From NCBI RefSeq assembly GCF_002854065.1, contig NZ_CP024147.1: a stretch of 64,000 nt of DNA, one strand, 5' to 3'. Below are positions 20,760-32,811 of this stretch, one piece after another (within the stretch, counting starts at the first letter, position 1; the number at the start of each line of letters is the position of its first letter). Under the pieces are notes generated by a model. That model was given only the letters and a program-made list of their open reading frames with translations. It did no database searches and was not told where the DNA came from. The translations under genes were made by a program, and so were the position numbers. The stretch comes from Escherichia coli. GTDB taxonomy: Bacteria; Pseudomonadota; Gammaproteobacteria; Enterobacterales; Enterobacteriaceae.

Positions 20760-22082
20760 TTATTTGTCGAACAGATAATGATTTACCAGATTTTCCAGTT
20801 GCTCCTGGCGACCACTCTGATGCACCGGAGACAAATTATGTTCCTGAGCATATTTGGCTAAATCTGCCAGTGACATTTGGCCTTTCAGGATTTGCTGGCC
20901 TAATTCGCTATTCCAGCCGGAATAACGCTGCGCGATGCGTTTATCCAGCTCGCCATCTTCAATCATGCGCGCTGCAATTTTCAGCGCCAGTGCCATCGTA
21001 TCCATCGCGCCGATATGACCGTAAAACAGATCATATTTATCAGTACTTTGACGACGTACTTTGGCATCGAAGTTCAGACCGCCGGTGGTGAAACCGCCTG
21101 CTTTGAGAATTTCATACATTACCAGCGCATTCTCTTCCACACTGTTCGGGAACTGATCGGTGTCCCAGCCCAGTTGAGCATCGCCACGGTTCGCGTCGAC
21201 AGAACCAAACAGGCCAAGCGCAATGGCGGTGGCAATTTCATGATGGAAAGAGTGACCTGCCAGCGTCGCGTGGTTAGCTTCAATGTTCAGTTTAATCTCT
21301 TTTTCCAGACCAAACTGTTTCAGGAAGCCATAGACTGTCGCAGCATCGTAATCATATTGATGTTTAGTCGGTTCTTGCGGTTTCGGTTCGATAAGCAACG
21401 TGCCCTGGAAGCCGATTTTATGTTTATGCTCAACCACCATTTGCATAAAGCGGCCCAGTTGTTCACGCTCCTGACGCAAATCGGTATTTAACAGCGTTTC
21501 GTAACCTTCACGACCGCCCCACAGGACATAGTTTTCACCACCCAATTTATGGGTTGCTTCCATCGCTGTAACAACTTGCGTTGCCGCCCAGCTGAAGACT
21601 TCTGGATCTGGGTTCGTCGCCGCACCCGCGCCATAGCGAGGGTTTGTAAAGCAGTTAGCGGTTCCCCACAGCAGCTTCACGCCGCTCTCTTCTTGCTTGC
21701 CTGCCAGGACATCAACCATTTGCGCAAAATTATTGATGTACTCTTTTAACGACGCGCCCTCAGGGGAAACATCCACATCGTGGAAGCAATAAAATGGCAC
21801 ATGTAACTTGTGGAAAAACTCAAATGCGACATCTGCTTTACGCTTCGCCAACGCCAGTGCCTCACCAGGCTGCTGCCACGGACGATTAAACGCCCCCACA
21901 CCAAACATATCCGCCCCGTTCCAGCAGAAGGTGTGCCAGTAGCAGGCGGCAAATCGCAAGTGCTCTTCCATACGCTTGCCCAACACCAGTTCGTCGGGAT
22001 TGTAGTGACGGAATGCTAACGGGTTTGAGGATTTTGAGCCTTCATAACGAACGCGATCGAGCTGGTCAAAATAGGCTTGCAT
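20760..22082 (-). CDS. xylA: Xylose isomerase
   Basis: [31 protein letters not shown]..., 440 aa. Start trimmed to ATG 22082. Confidence 0.97.
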
Positions 22083-22447
22083 ATTGAACTCCATAATCAG
22101 GTAATGCCGCGGGTGATGGATGATGTCGTAATATTGGGCACTCCCTTTCAGTTGCTCAATTATGTTATTTCACACTGCTATTGAGATAATTCACAAGTGT
22201 GCGCTCGCTCGCAAAATAAAATGGAATGATGAAACTGGGTAATTCCTCGAAGATAAAAATGCAATAAGTACAATTGCGCAACAAAAGTAAGATCTCGGTC
22301 ATAAATCAAGAAATAAACCAAAAATCGTAATCGAAAGATAAAAATCTGTAATTGTTTTCCCCTGTTTAGTTGCTAAAAATTGGTTACGTTTATCGCGGTG
22401 ATTGTTACTTATTAAAGCTGTCCTCTAACTACAGAAGGCCCTACACC
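22083..22447. promoter_or_regulatory. Divergent xylAB / xylFGHR control region (XylR and CRP dependent)
   Basis: A 365-bp AT-rich intergenic region between divergent xylose operons. The call is by position; individual XylR/CRP boxes were not mapped. Confidence 0.6.
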
Positions 22448-23440
22448 ATGAAAATAAAGAACATTCTACTCACCCTTTGCACCTCACTCCTGCTTACCAA
22501 CGTTGCTGCACACGCCAAAGAAGTCAAAATAGGTATGGCGATTGATGATCTCCGTCTTGAACGCTGGCAAAAAGATCGAGATATCTTTGTGAAAAAGGCA
22601 GAATCTCTCGGCGCGAAAGTATTTGTACAGTCTGCAAATGGCAATGAAGAAACACAAATGTCGCAGATTGAAAACATGATAAACCGGGGTGTCGATGTTC
22701 TTGTCATTATTCCGTATAACGGTCAGGTATTAAGTAACGTTGTAAAAGAAGCCAAACAAGAAGGCATTAAAGTATTAGCTTACGACCGTATGATTAACGA
22801 TGCGGATATCGATTTTTATATTTCTTTCGATAACGAAAAAGTCGGTGAACTGCAGGCAAAAGCCCTGGTCGATATTGTTCCACAAGGTAATTACTTCCTG
22901 ATGGGCGGCTCGCCGGTAGATAACAACGCCAAGCTGTTCCGCGCCGGACAAATGAAAGTGTTAAAACCTTACGTTGATTCCGGAAAAATTAAAGTCGTTG
23001 GTGACCAATGGGTTGATGGCTGGTTACCGGAAAACGCATTGAAAATTATGGAAAACGCGCTAACCGCCAATAATAACAAAATTGATGCTGTAGTTGCCTC
23101 AAACGATGCCACCGCAGGTGGGGCAATTCAGGCATTAAGCGCGCAAGGTTTATCAGGGAAAGTAGCAATTTCTGGCCAGGATGCGGATCTCACAGGTATT
23201 AAACGTATTGCTGCCGGTACGCAAACTATGACGGTATATAAACCTATTACATTGCTGGCAAATACTGCCGCAGAAATTGCCGTTGAATTGGGCAATGGTC
23301 AGGAGCCAAAAGCAGATACCTCACTGAATAATGGCCTGAAAGATGTCCCCTCCCGCCTCCTGACACCGATCGATGTGAATAAAAACAACATCAAAGATAC
23401 GGTAATTAAAGACGGATTCCACAAAGAGAGCGAGCTGTAA
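22448..23440 (+). CDS. xylF: D-xylose ABC transporter periplasmic binding protein
   Basis: MKIKNILLTLCTSLLLTNVAAHAKEVKIGMAIDDLRLERW..., 330 aa. Start trimmed to 22448. Confidence 0.96.
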   Translation: MKIKNILLTLCTSLLLTNVAAHAKEVKIGMAIDDLRLERWQKDRDIFVKKAESLGAKVFVQSANGNEETQMSQIENMINRGVDVLVIIPYNGQVLSNVVKEAKQEGIKVLAYDRMINDADIDFYISFDNEKVGELQAKALVDIVPQGNYFLMGGSPVDNNAKLFRAGQMKVLKPYVDSGKIKVVGDQWVDGWLPENALKIMENALTANNNKIDAVVASNDATAGGAIQALSAQGLSGKVAISGQDADLTGIKRIAAGTQTMTVYKPITLLANTAAEIAVELGNGQEPKADTSLNNGLKDVPSRLLTPIDVNKNNIKDTVIKDGFHKESEL

Positions 23441-23517
23441 GCGTTACGCCCCAGCGCGGAGCGGGGGCGTGATTTCTCTCCATGCCGCGTGAATGAATTG
23501 GCTTAGGTGGAGTCGTT

Positions 23518-25059
23518 ATGCCTTATCTACTTGAAATGAAGAACATTACCAAAACCTTCGGCAGTGTGAAGGCGATTGATAACGTCAGCTTGCGGTTGAA
23601 TGCTGGCGAAATCGTCTCACTCTGTGGGGAAAATGGGTCTGGTAAATCAACTCTGATGAAAGTGCTGTGTGGTATTTATCCCCATGGCTCCTACGAAGGC
23701 GAAATTATTTTTGCGGGAGAAGAGATTCAGGCGAGTCACATCCGCGATACCGAACGCAAAGGTATCGCCATCATTCACCAGGAATTGGCCCTGGTGAAAG
23801 AATTGACCGTGCTGGAAAATATCTTCCTGGGTAACGAAATAACCCACAATGGCATTATGGATTATGACCTGATGACGCTACGCTGTCAGAAGCTGCTCGC
23901 ACAGGTCAGTTTATCCATTTCACCTGATACCCGCGTTGGCGATTTAGGGCTTGGGCAACAACAACTGGTTGAAATTGCCAAGGCACTTAATAAACAGGTG
24001 CGCTTGTTAATTCTCGATGAACCGACAGCCTCATTAACTGAGCAGGAAACGTCGGTTTTACTGGATATTATTCGCGATCTACAACAGCACGGTATCGCCT
24101 GTATTTATATTTCGCACAAACTCAACGAAGTCAAAGCGATTTCCGATACGATTTGCGTTATTCGCGACGGACAGCACATTGGTACGCGTGATGCTGCCGG
24201 AATGAGTGAAGACGATATTATCACCATGATGGTCGGGCGAGAGTTAACCGCGCTTTACCCTAATGAACCACATACCACCGGAGATGAAATATTACGTATT
24301 GAACATCTGACGGCATGGCATCCGGTTAATCGTCATATTAAACGAGTTAATGATGTCTCGTTTTCCCTGAAACGTGGCGAAATACTGGGTATTGCCGGAC
24401 TCGTTGGTGCCGGACGTACCGAGACCATTCAGTGCCTGTTTGGTGTGTGGCCCGGACAATGGGAAGGAAAAATTTATATTGATGGCAAACAGGTAGATAT
24501 TCGTAACTGTCAGCAAGCCATCGCCCAGGGGATTGCGATGGTCCCCGAAGACAGAAAGCGCGACGGCATCGTTCCGGTAATGGCGGTTGGTAAAAATATT
24601 ACCCTCGCCGCACTCAATAAATTTACCGGTGGCATTAGCCAGCTTGATGACGCGGCAGAGCAAAAATGTATTCTGGAATCAATCCAGCAACTCAAAGTTA
24701 AAACGTCGTCCCCCGACCTTGCTATTGGACGTTTGAGCGGCGGCAATCAGCAAAAAGCGATCCTCGCTCGCTGTCTGTTACTTAACCCGCGCATTCTCAT
24801 TCTTGATGAACCCACCAGGGGTATCGATATTGGCGCGAAATACGAGATCTACAAATTAATTAACCAACTCGTCCAGCAGGGTATTGCCGTTATTGTCATC
24901 TCTTCCGAATTACCTGAAGTGCTCGGCCTTAGCGATCGTGTACTGGTGATGCATGAAGGGAAACTAAAAGCCAACCTGATAAATCATAACCTGACTCAGG
25001 AGCAGGTGATGGAAGCCGCATTGAGGAGCGAACATCATGTCGAAAAGCAATCCGTCTGA
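23518..25059 (+). CDS. xylG: D-xylose ABC transporter ATPase
   Basis: 513 aa with two ABC cassettes ([17 protein letters not shown]). Confidence 0.96.
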   Translation: MPYLLEMKNITKTFGSVKAIDNVSLRLNAGEIVSLCGENGSGKSTLMKVLCGIYPHGSYEGEIIFAGEEIQASHIRDTERKGIAIIHQELALVKELTVLENIFLGNEITHNGIMDYDLMTLRCQKLLAQVSLSISPDTRVGDLGLGQQQLVEIAKALNKQVRLLILDEPTASLTEQETSVLLDIIRDLQQHGIACIYISHKLNEVKAISDTICVIRDGQHIGTRDAAGMSEDDIITMMVGRELTALYPNEPHTTGDEILRIEHLTAWHPVNRHIKRVNDVSFSLKRGEILGIAGLVGAGRTETIQCLFGVWPGQWEGKIYIDGKQVDIRNCQQAIAQGIAMVPEDRKRDGIVPVMAVGKNITLAALNKFTGGISQLDDAAEQKCILESIQQLKVKTSSPDLAIGRLSGGNQQKAILARCLLLNPRILILDEPTRGIDIGAKYEIYKLINQLVQQGIAVIVISSELPEVLGLSDRVLVMHEGKLKANLINHNLTQEQVMEAALRSEHHVEKQSV

Positions 25060-26218
25060 AGTGAAATTGGCCGTACCGACATCCGGTGGCTTCTCCGGGC
25101 TGAAATCACTGAATTTGCAGGTCTTCGTGATGATTGCAGCTATCATCGCAATCATGCTGTTCTTTACCTGGACCACCGATGGTGCCTACTTAAGCGCCCG
25201 TAACATCTCCAACCTGTTACGCCAGACCGCGATTACCGGCATCCTCGCGGTAGGAATGGTGTTCGTCATAATTTCTGCTGAAATCGACCTTTCCGTCGGC
25301 TCAATGATGGGGCTGTTAGGTGGCGTCGCGGCGATTTGTGACGTCTGGCTAGGCTGGCCTTTACCACTTACCATCATTGTGACGCTGGTTCTGGGACTGC
25401 TTCTCGGTGCCTGGAACGGATGGTGGGTCGCGTACCGCAAAGTCCCTTCATTTATTGTCACTCTCGCGGGCATGTTGGCATTTCGCGGCATACTCATTGG
25501 CATCACCAACGGCACAACTGTATCCCCCACCAGCGCCGCGATGTCACAAATTGGGCAAAGCTATCTCCCCGCCAGCACCGGCTTCATCATTGGCGCGCTT
25601 GGCTTAATGGCTTTTGTTGGCTGGCAATGGCGCGGAAGAATGCGCCGTCAGGCTTTGGGTTTGCAGTCTCCGGCCTCTACCGCAGTAGTCGGTCGCCAGG
25701 CTTTAACCGCTATCATCGTATTAGGCGCAATCTGGCTGTTGAATGATTACCGTGGCGTTCCCACTCCTGTTCTGCTGCTGACGTTGCTGTTACTCGGCGG
25801 AATGTTTATGGCAACGCGGACAGCATTTGGACGACGCATTTATGCCATCGGCGGCAATCTGGAAGCAGCACGTCTCTCCGGGATTAACGTTGAACGCACC
25901 AAACTTGCCGTGTTCGCTATTAACGGATTAATGGTAGCCATCGCCGGATTAATCCTCAGTTCTCGACTTGGCGCTGGTTCACCTTCTGCGGGGAATATCG
26001 CCGAGCTGGACGCAATTGCAGCATGCGTGATTGGCGGCACCAGTCTGGCAGGCGGCGTCGGGAGCGTGGCTGGAACGGTAATGGGGGCATTCATCATGGC
26101 TTCACTGGATAACGGTATGAGTATGATGGATGTACCGACCTTCTGGCAGTATATCGTTAAAGGTGCGATTCTGTTGCTGGCAGTATGGATGGACTCCGCA
26201 ACCAAACGCCGTTCTTGA
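25037..26218 (+). CDS. xylH: D-xylose ABC transporter permease
   Basis: 393-aa polytopic ORF overlapping the xylG end by 23 nt. Confidence 0.95.
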   Translation: MSKSNPSEVKLAVPTSGGFSGLKSLNLQVFVMIAAIIAIMLFFTWTTDGAYLSARNISNLLRQTAITGILAVGMVFVIISAEIDLSVGSMMGLLGGVAAICDVWLGWPLPLTIIVTLVLGLLLGAWNGWWVAYRKVPSFIVTLAGMLAFRGILIGITNGTTVSPTSAAMSQIGQSYLPASTGFIIGALGLMAFVGWQWRGRMRRQALGLQSPASTAVVGRQALTAIIVLGAIWLLNDYRGVPTPVLLLTLLLLGGMFMATRTAFGRRIYAIGGNLEAARLSGINVERTKLAVFAINGLMVAIAGLILSSRLGAGSPSAGNIAELDAIAACVIGGTSLAGGVGSVAGTVMGAFIMASLDNGMSMMDVPTFWQYIVKGAILLLAVWMDSATKRRS

Positions 26219-26295
26219 TTTTGATAAAAATTTTCTCAAAGCCGGTAACGTATTACCGGTTTTGAGTTTTTGCATGATTCAGCAGGAAAAGAACC

Positions 26296-27474
26296 ATGTT
26301 TACTAAACGTCACCGCATCACGTTACTGTTCAATGCCAATAAAGCCTATGACCGGCAGGTAGTAGAAGGCGTAGGGGAATATTTACAGGCGTCACAATCG
26401 GAATGGGATATTTTCATTGAAGAAGATTTCCGCGCCCGCATTGATAAAATCAAGGACTGGTTAGGAGATGGCGTCATTGCCGACTTCGACGACAAACAGA
26501 TCGAGCAAGCGCTGGCTGATGTCGACGTCCCCATTGTTGGGGTTGGCGGCTCGTATCACCTTGCAGAAAGTTACCCACCCGTTCATTACATTGCCACCGA
26601 TAACTATGCGCTGGTTGAAAGCGCATTTTTGCATTTAAAAGAGAAAGGCATTAACCGCTTTGCTTTTTATGGTCTTCCGGAATCAAGCGGCAAACGTTGG
26701 GCCACTGAACGCGAATATGCATTTCGTCAGCTTGTCGCCGAAGAAAAGTATCGCGGAGTGGTTTATCAGGGGTTAGAAACCGCACCAGAGAACTGGCAAC
26801 ACGCGCAAAATCGGCTGGCAGACTGGCTACAAACGCTGCCACCGCAAACCGGGATTATTGCCGTTACTGACGCCCGGGCGCGGCATATTCTGCAAGTATG
26901 TGAACATCTACACATTCCCGTACCGGAAAAATTATGCGTGATTGGCATCGATAACGAAGAACTGACCCGCTATCTGTCGCGTGTCGCCCTTTCTTCGGTC
27001 GCTCAGGGCGCGCGGCAAATGGGCTATCAGGCGGCAAAACTGTTGCATCGATTATTAGATAAAGAAGAAATGCCGCTACAGCGGATTTTGGTCCCTCCAG
27101 TTCGCGTCATTGAACGGCGCTCAACAGATTACCGTTCGCTGACCGATCCCGCCGTTATTCAGGCCATGCATTACATTCGTAATCACGCCTGTAAAGGGAT
27201 TAAAGTGGATCAGGTACTCGATGCGGTCGGGATCTCGCGCTCCAATCTTGAGAAGCGTTTTAAAGAAGAGGTGGGTGAAACCATCCATGCCATGATTCAT
27301 GCCGAGAAGCTGGAGAAAGCGCGCAGTCTGCTGATTTCAACCACCTTGTCGATCAATGAGATATCGCAAATGTGCGGTTATCCATCGCTGCAATATTTCT
27401 ACTCTGTTTTTAAAAAAGCATATGACACGACGCCAAAAGAGTATCGCGATGTAAATAGCGAGGTCATGTTGTAG
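26296..27474 (+). CDS. xylR: Xylose operon activator (AraC/XylS family with a periplasmic-binding-protein-like domain)
   Basis: 392-aa ORF MFTKRHRITLLFNANKAYDRQVVEGVGEYL... with a C-terminal AraC-type HTH. Confidence 0.96.
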   Translation: MFTKRHRITLLFNANKAYDRQVVEGVGEYLQASQSEWDIFIEEDFRARIDKIKDWLGDGVIADFDDKQIEQALADVDVPIVGVGGSYHLAESYPPVHYIATDNYALVESAFLHLKEKGINRFAFYGLPESSGKRWATEREYAFRQLVAEEKYRGVVYQGLETAPENWQHAQNRLADWLQTLPPQTGIIAVTDARARHILQVCEHLHIPVPEKLCVIGIDNEELTRYLSRVALSSVAQGARQMGYQAAKLLHRLLDKEEMPLQRILVPPVRVIERRSTDYRSLTDPAVIQAMHYIRNHACKGIKVDQVLDAVGISRSNLEKRFKEEVGETIHAMIHAEKLEKARSLLISTTLSINEISQMCGYPSLQYFYSVFKKAYDTTPKEYRDVNSEVML

Positions 27475-27487
27475 CGATGATGAGAAT

Positions 27488-27568
27488 TGTCGGCGTCGCA
27501 TCAGGTAACTCAGCACAACCACCTGATGCGATCAAAAGCCTTATCCGACCGACAATTCGGATAAGGCT
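27488..27568. repeat. REP/BIME-type palindromic units
   Basis: GTCGGCGTCGCATCAGGT ... ACCTGATGCG ... GCCTTATCCGACCGACAATTCGGATAAGGC: REP-family imperfect palindromes. Confidence 0.75.
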
Positions 27569-27581
27569 CGAGGAAATACAA

Positions 27582-28406
27582 TTACATATGCGCCGCGATT
27601 AACCGTTGGTTATCCTGGTACATTGCGAACAGGTAGTTGTTATAACTCTTCCCTTTGGTCGAGTAGCCCTTCAGCTTGTGAATCATCGCTGTGGCAGTCA
27701 CTTCCTGATCCGCTTTACGCAGCTGTGCACGCGATTTACGGAACGAAGAGTAAGCCGGATGCGTATTGAGGTTAGTGACATAGGCGCTCACCGATTCTTT
27801 GACAGAACTAAACTGTGAGTACCCTTTCACTTTACCTGGCGCATTGGTACAACGTCCTTTCATGCATTTCATGCCGAACAGGTTGTTGTTGTTGCGCGCC
27901 AACTTCGACGTTCCCCAACCGCTTTCTGCTGCAGCCATCGTCGCCACCATACTGGTGGGGATAATGTCTACGCGTTCAAGCAAGGTATTCCACGGGATTT
28001 TTCGCGTATTACCAGACCACTTCACCTTGTAGCGTTTGGCGATGTCTTTCAGACGCGCACGCTCAGCAGGTGACCATTGGCCCTGATACTGTTTTGAAAT
28101 CAGCCAGTTACGTTCTGCAGTAATGGCTGCATTTTGGCTGGTAATGTAAGGCATTACGGTCCGGAGAAACGCCTTTTTCCTTGGTGTTCCGGAAGGGTAT
28201 TTTCGCAAATCAGGAAGTGAACTACTCTTTGCACTATTGCGAGAATACTCTTGTTTACTGCTTACCTGTTTATTACTAGCTTTAGTTAAGTGGGACTTTT
28301 GACTCGCTGTTGTTGTGTGCGTCTTCGCTAACACCTCACTCGAAAACACCAGAGTGAGTAACATAAGAATCATCGCCCCATATCGTCGTATGGGAGTCAA
28401 AATCAT
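27582..28406 (-). CDS. bax: Bax protein (putative N-acetylglucosaminidase domain)
   Basis: 274-aa ORF with an N-terminal signal/anchor. Recognised as Bax. Confidence 0.88.
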   Translation of the reverse strand: MILTPIRRYGAMILMLLTLVFSSEVLAKTHTTTASQKSHLTKASNKQVSSKQEYSRNSAKSSSLPDLRKYPSGTPRKKAFLRTVMPYITSQNAAITAERNWLISKQYQGQWSPAERARLKDIAKRYKVKWSGNTRKIPWNTLLERVDIIPTSMVATMAAAESGWGTSKLARNNNNLFGMKCMKGRCTNAPGKVKGYSQFSSVKESVSAYVTNLNTHPAYSSFRKSRAQLRKADQEVTATAMIHKLKGYSTKGKSYNNYLFAMYQDNQRLIAAHM

Positions 28407-28631
28407 CAGGTCTCCTGGTCGGATTTAATCATTCCAACACCTTATATTTTTCACAAATTTGAGAGTTGAATCTCAAATCATATCAAAAATAGCTGTCAAG
28501 AGCACCCCAAGGAATAGTCCAAATCTGAAACTATGTCACGTGTTAACGATTCAGATTGGCGCTAAATCGCAGAAAATGTGGGGTTTATCGCAAAATTCAG
28601 CCGTTTTTTGCGCGAGATCGCTCACCCTTGC

Positions 28632-28666
28632 TTCTCATCCTGTGGACTTACCGCTCAGGGATGAGT
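28632..28666 (+). promoter_or_regulatory. Candidate MalT boxes of the malS promoter
   Basis: TTCTCATCCTG (reverse complement CAGGATGAGAA) and CAGGGATGAGT both resemble the MalT box GGGGA(T/G)GAGG. They lie 60-95 nt upstream of the malS ATG. Confidence 0.4.
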
Positions 28667-28725
28667 TTTGTTTGGCTTATCGCTGGCAAACTGTCTGAAA
28701 TCGCAGCAATAAGGACTCATCCGCC

Positions 28726-30756
28726 ATGAAACTCGCCGCCTGTTTTCTGACACTCCTTCCTGGCTTCGCCGTTGCCGCCAGCTGGACTTCTCCGGGGTTC
28801 CCTGCCTTTAGTGAACAGGGAACGGGAACATTTGTCAGCCACGCGCAGTTGCCCAAAGGTACGCGTCCACTAACGCTAAATTTTGACCAACAGTGCTGGC
28901 AGCCTGCGGATGCGATAAAACTCAATCAGATGCTTTCCCTGCAACCTTGTAGCAACACGCCGCCTCAATGGCGATTGTTCAGGGACGGCGAATATACGCT
29001 GCAAATAGACACCCGCTCCGGTACGCCAACATTGATGATTTCCATCCAGAACGCCGCCGAACCGGTAGCAAGCCAGGTCCGTGTATGCCCGAAATGGGAT
29101 GGATTACCGCTCACGCTGGATGTCAGCGCCACTTTTCCGGAAGGAGCCGCCGTACGGGATTATTACAGCCAGCAAATTGCGATAGTGAAGAACGGTCAAA
29201 TAACGTTACAACCCGCTGCCACCAGCAACGGTTTACTCCTGCTGGAACGGGCAGAAACTGACACATCCGCCCCTTTCGACTGGCATAACGCCACGGTTTA
29301 CTTTGTGCTGACAGATCGTTTCGAAAACGGCGATCCCAGTAATGACCAGAGTTACGGACGTCATAAAGACGGTATGGCGGAAATTGGCACTTTTCACGGC
29401 GGCGATTTACGCGGCCTGACCAACAAACTGGATTATCTCCAGCAGCTGGGCGTCAATGCTTTGTGGATAAGCGCCCCATTTGAGCAAATTCACGGCTGGG
29501 TCGGCGGCGGTACAAAAGGTGATTTCCCGCATTATGCCTACCACGGTTATTACACACAGGACTGGACGAATCTTGATGCCAATATGGGCAGCGAAGCCGA
29601 TCTACGGACGCTGGTTGATAGCGCGCATCAGCGCGGTATTCGTATTCTCTTTGATGTCGTGATGAACCACACTGGCTATGCCACGCTGGCGGATATGCAG
29701 GAGTATCAGTTTGGCGCGTTATATCTTTCTGGTGACGAGCTGAAAAAAACGCTGGGTGAACGCTGGAGTGACTGGAAACCTGCCGCCGGGCAAACCTGGC
29801 ATAGCTTTAACGATTACATTAATTTCAGCGACAAAACAGGCTGGGATAAATGGTGGGGAAAAAACTGGATCAGAACGGATATCGGCGATTACGACAATCC
29901 TGGATTTGACGATCTCACTATGTCGCTGGCCTTTTTGCCGGATATCAAAACCGAATCAACGACCGCTTCTGGTCTGCCGGTGTTCTATAAAAACAAAACG
30001 GATACCCACGCTAAAGTCATCGACGGCTTTACCCCTCGCGATTACTTAACCCACTGGTTAAGTCAGTGGGTCCGCGACTATGGGATTGATGGTTTTCGGG
30101 TCGATACCGCCAAACATGTTGAGTTGCCCGCCTGGCAGCAACTGAAAACCGAAGCCAGCGCCGCGCTTCGCGAATGGAAAAAAGCTAACCCCGACAAAGC
30201 ATTAGATGACAAACCTTTCTGGATGACCGGTGAAGCCTGGGGCCACGGCGTGATGCAAAGTGACTACTATCGCCACGGCTTCGATGCGATGATCAATTTC
30301 GATTATCAGGAGCAGGCGGCGAAAGCAGTCGATTGTCTGGCGCAGATGGATACGACCTGGCAGCAAATGGCGGAGAAATTGCAGGGTTTCAACGTGTTGA
30401 GCTACCTCTCGTCGCATGATACCCGCCTGTTCCGTGAAGGGGGCGACAAAGCAGCAGAGTTATTACTATTAGCGCCAGGCGCGGTACAAATCTTTTATGG
30501 TGATGAATCCTCGCGTCCGTTCGGTCCTACAGGTTCTGATCCGCTGCAAGGTACACGTTCGGATATGAACTGGCAGGATGTTAGCGGTAAATCTGCCACC
30601 AGCGTCGCGCACTGGCAGAAAATCAGCCAGTTCCGCGCCCGTCATCCCGCAATTGGCGCGGGCAAACAAACGACACTTTCGCTGAAGCAGGGCTACGGCT
30701 TTGTTCGTGAGCATGGCGACGATAAAGTGCTGGTCATCTGGGCTGGGCAACAGTGA
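28726..30756 (+). CDS. malS: Periplasmic alpha-amylase
   Basis: 676-aa ORF with signal peptide MKLAACFLTLLPGFAVA and GH13 motifs (DVVMNH, GFRVDTAKH, EAWGH, FLSSHD-like). Confidence 0.96.
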   Translation: MKLAACFLTLLPGFAVAASWTSPGFPAFSEQGTGTFVSHAQLPKGTRPLTLNFDQQCWQPADAIKLNQMLSLQPCSNTPPQWRLFRDGEYTLQIDTRSGTPTLMISIQNAAEPVASQVRVCPKWDGLPLTLDVSATFPEGAAVRDYYSQQIAIVKNGQITLQPAATSNGLLLLERAETDTSAPFDWHNATVYFVLTDRFENGDPSNDQSYGRHKDGMAEIGTFHGGDLRGLTNKLDYLQQLGVNALWISAPFEQIHGWVGGGTKGDFPHYAYHGYYTQDWTNLDANMGSEADLRTLVDSAHQRGIRILFDVVMNHTGYATLADMQEYQFGALYLSGDELKKTLGERWSDWKPAAGQTWHSFNDYINFSDKTGWDKWWGKNWIRTDIGDYDNPGFDDLTMSLAFLPDIKTESTTASGLPVFYKNKTDTHAKVIDGFTPRDYLTHWLSQWVRDYGIDGFRVDTAKHVELPAWQQLKTEASAALREWKKANPDKALDDKPFWMTGEAWGHGVMQSDYYRHGFDAMINFDYQEQAAKAVDCLAQMDTTWQQMAEKLQGFNVLSYLSSHDTRLFREGGDKAAELLLLAPGAVQIFYGDESSRPFGPTGSDPLQGTRSDMNWQDVSGKSATSVAHWQKISQFRARHPAIGAGKQTTLSLKQGYGFVREHGDDKVLVIWAGQQ

Positions 30757-30933
30757 CTTTTCCGGCTTCCCGTTCGTCAGTACCTCGGGAAGCCGCCAAC
30801 CAGGATAAAATGTCAGCCCTAATCAGCGTTGCAGGATAAAGCACCACTCACTCTTCAACAGACCGATTTGCACCCCAGCAAATGTAGCGTTATTGTTACC
30901 TTCCTTGCTACAGAGTTCGACAGATATCCCGCT

Positions 30934-32187
30934 ATGACATTCTCCCTTTTTGGTGACAAATTTACCCGCCACTCCGGCATTACGCTGCTGATGGAAGATC
31001 TGAACGACGGTTTACGCACGCCTGGCGCGATTATGCTCGGCGGCGGTAATCCGGCGCAGATCCCGGAAATGCAGGACTACTTCCAGACGCTACTGACCGA
31101 CATGCTGGAAAGTGGCAAAGCGACTGATGCACTGTGCAATTACGACGGTCCACAGGGGAAAACGGAGCTACTCACACTGCTTGCCGGAATGCTGCACGAG
31201 AAGTTGGGTTGGGATATCGAACCACAGAATATTGCACTAACAAACGGCAGCCAGAGCGCGTTTTTCTACTTATTTAATCTATTTGCCGGACGCCGTGCCG
31301 ATGGTCGGGTCAAAAAAGTGCTGTTCCCGCTGGCACCGGAATACATTGGCTACGCTGACGCCGGACTGGAAGAAGATCTGTTTGTCTCTGCGCGTCCGAA
31401 TATTGAACTGCTGCCTGAAGGCCAGTTTAAATACCACGTCGATTTTGAGCATCTGCATATTGGCGAAGAAACCGGGATGATTTGCGTCTCCCGGCCGACG
31501 AATCCAACAGGCAATGTGATTACTGACGAAGAGTTGCTGAAGCTTGACGCGCTGGCGAATCAACACGGCATTCCGCTGGTGATTGATAACGCTTATGGCG
31601 TCCCGTTCCCGGGTATCATCTTCAGTGAAGCGCGCCCGCTATGGAATCCGAATATCGTGCTGTGCATGAGTCTTTCCAAGCTGGGTCTACCTGGCTCCCG
31701 CTGCGGCATTATCATCGCCAATGAAAAAATCATCACCGCCATCACCAATATGAACGGCATTATCAGCCTGGCACCTGGCGGTATTGGTCCGGCGATGATG
31801 TGTGAAATGATTAAGCGTAACGATCTGCTGCGCCTGTCTGAAACAGTCATCAAACCGTTTTACTACCAGCGTGTTCAGGAAACTATCGCCATCATTCGCC
31901 GCTATTTACCGGAAGATCGCTGCCTGATTCATAAACCGGAAGGAGCCATTTTCCTCTGGCTATGGTTTAAGGATTTGCCCATTACGACCGAGCAGCTCTA
32001 TCAGCGCCTGAAAGCACGCGGCGTGCTGATGGTGCCGGGGCACAACTTCTTCCCAGGGCTGGATAAACCGTGGCCGCATACGCATCAATGTATGCGCATG
32101 AACTACGTACCAGAGCCGGAGAAAATTGAGGCGGGGGTGAAGATTCTGGCGGAAGAGATAGAAAGAGCCTGGGCTGAAAGTCACTAA
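30934..32187 (+). CDS. avtA: Valine--pyruvate aminotransferase
   Basis: MTFSLFGDKFTRHSGITLLMEDLNDGLRTPGAIMLGGGNPA..., 417 aa. Start trimmed to 30934. Confidence 0.95.
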   Translation: MTFSLFGDKFTRHSGITLLMEDLNDGLRTPGAIMLGGGNPAQIPEMQDYFQTLLTDMLESGKATDALCNYDGPQGKTELLTLLAGMLHEKLGWDIEPQNIALTNGSQSAFFYLFNLFAGRRADGRVKKVLFPLAPEYIGYADAGLEEDLFVSARPNIELLPEGQFKYHVDFEHLHIGEETGMICVSRPTNPTGNVITDEELLKLDALANQHGIPLVIDNAYGVPFPGIIFSEARPLWNPNIVLCMSLSKLGLPGSRCGIIIANEKIITAITNMNGIISLAPGGIGPAMMCEMIKRNDLLRLSETVIKPFYYQRVQETIAIIRRYLPEDRCLIHKPEGAIFLWLWFKDLPITTEQLYQRLKARGVLMVPGHNFFPGLDKPWPHTHQCMRMNYVPEPEKIEAGVKILAEEIERAWAESH

Positions 32188-32189
32188 AA

Positions 32190-32292
32190 ATTGCCTGATG
32201 CGCTACGCTTATCAGGCCTACATGAGTTCTGCAATATATTGAATTTGGAAGAATTTGTAGGCCGGATAAGGCGTTTACGCCGCATCTGGCAT
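32190..32292. repeat. BIME (two inverted REP units)
   Basis: TGCCTGATGCGCTACGCTTATCAGGCCTACA ... GTAGGCCGGATAAGGCGTTTACGCCGCATCTGGCA. The same core recurs at 53831-53931 and 63150-63238. Confidence 0.9.
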
Positions 32293-32337
32293 AAACAAAG
32301 CGCACTATTCCGGCGTTTAGAAACGCTGGAAAACGTT

Positions 32338-32811
32338 TCAAACAGGCTGCTGCCGTAGCCGATGCCGCTGCACTTTCTCGACATCCATGCACTGCAACGC
32401 CTTTGTCGGGCAGGCTTCAACACAGGCCGGTCCCGTCGCCCGATGCCAGCACAGATCGCACTTAATCGCCCTCGCCTTTTTGCGCGAAGAAACGACCTCC
32501 ATCGCACCAAACGGGCAAGCCAGCATACAGCTTTTACAGCCAATGCAACGTGTTTGTTCAACGAAAATATGCCCATGTTCGCGGCTTATCGCGTCAACAG
32601 GGCAGACATTCGCGCACGGTGCATCTTCACACTGATGACAGGCTACTGCCGTGGTCCAGCTGTGGTCTTTAATGACACGAATACGGGAAATAAACTCGTC
32701 TGGTGACAACGCAGCGCAATCCTGATTCTCCTGATGCGACACTGCGCAAGCCACTTCACAGGTACGGCAACCGATACATTTCGTCGCATCCGCAATAATA
32801 AACCGGTTCAT
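32338..32811 (-). CDS. ysaA: 4Fe-4S ferredoxin-type protein YsaA
   Basis: MNRFIIADATKCIGCRTCEVACAVSH... with four CxxCxxCxxxC(P) clusters, 157 aa. Confidence 0.92.
   Translation of the reverse strand: MNRFIIADATKCIGCRTCEVACAVSHQENQDCAALSPDEFISRIRVIKDHSWTTAVACHQCEDAPCANVCPVDAISREHGHIFVEQTRCIGCKSCMLACPFGAMEVVSSRKKARAIKCDLCWHRATGPACVEACPTKALQCMDVEKVQRHRLRQQPV

Noticed and set aside
31982-32576. Minus-strand ORFs of 136 aa and 130 aa spanning the avtA 3' end, the BIME and ysaA.
   Set aside because: They overlap real genes out of frame and cross REP palindromes. The product is Arg/Ala/Ser-rich nonsense.
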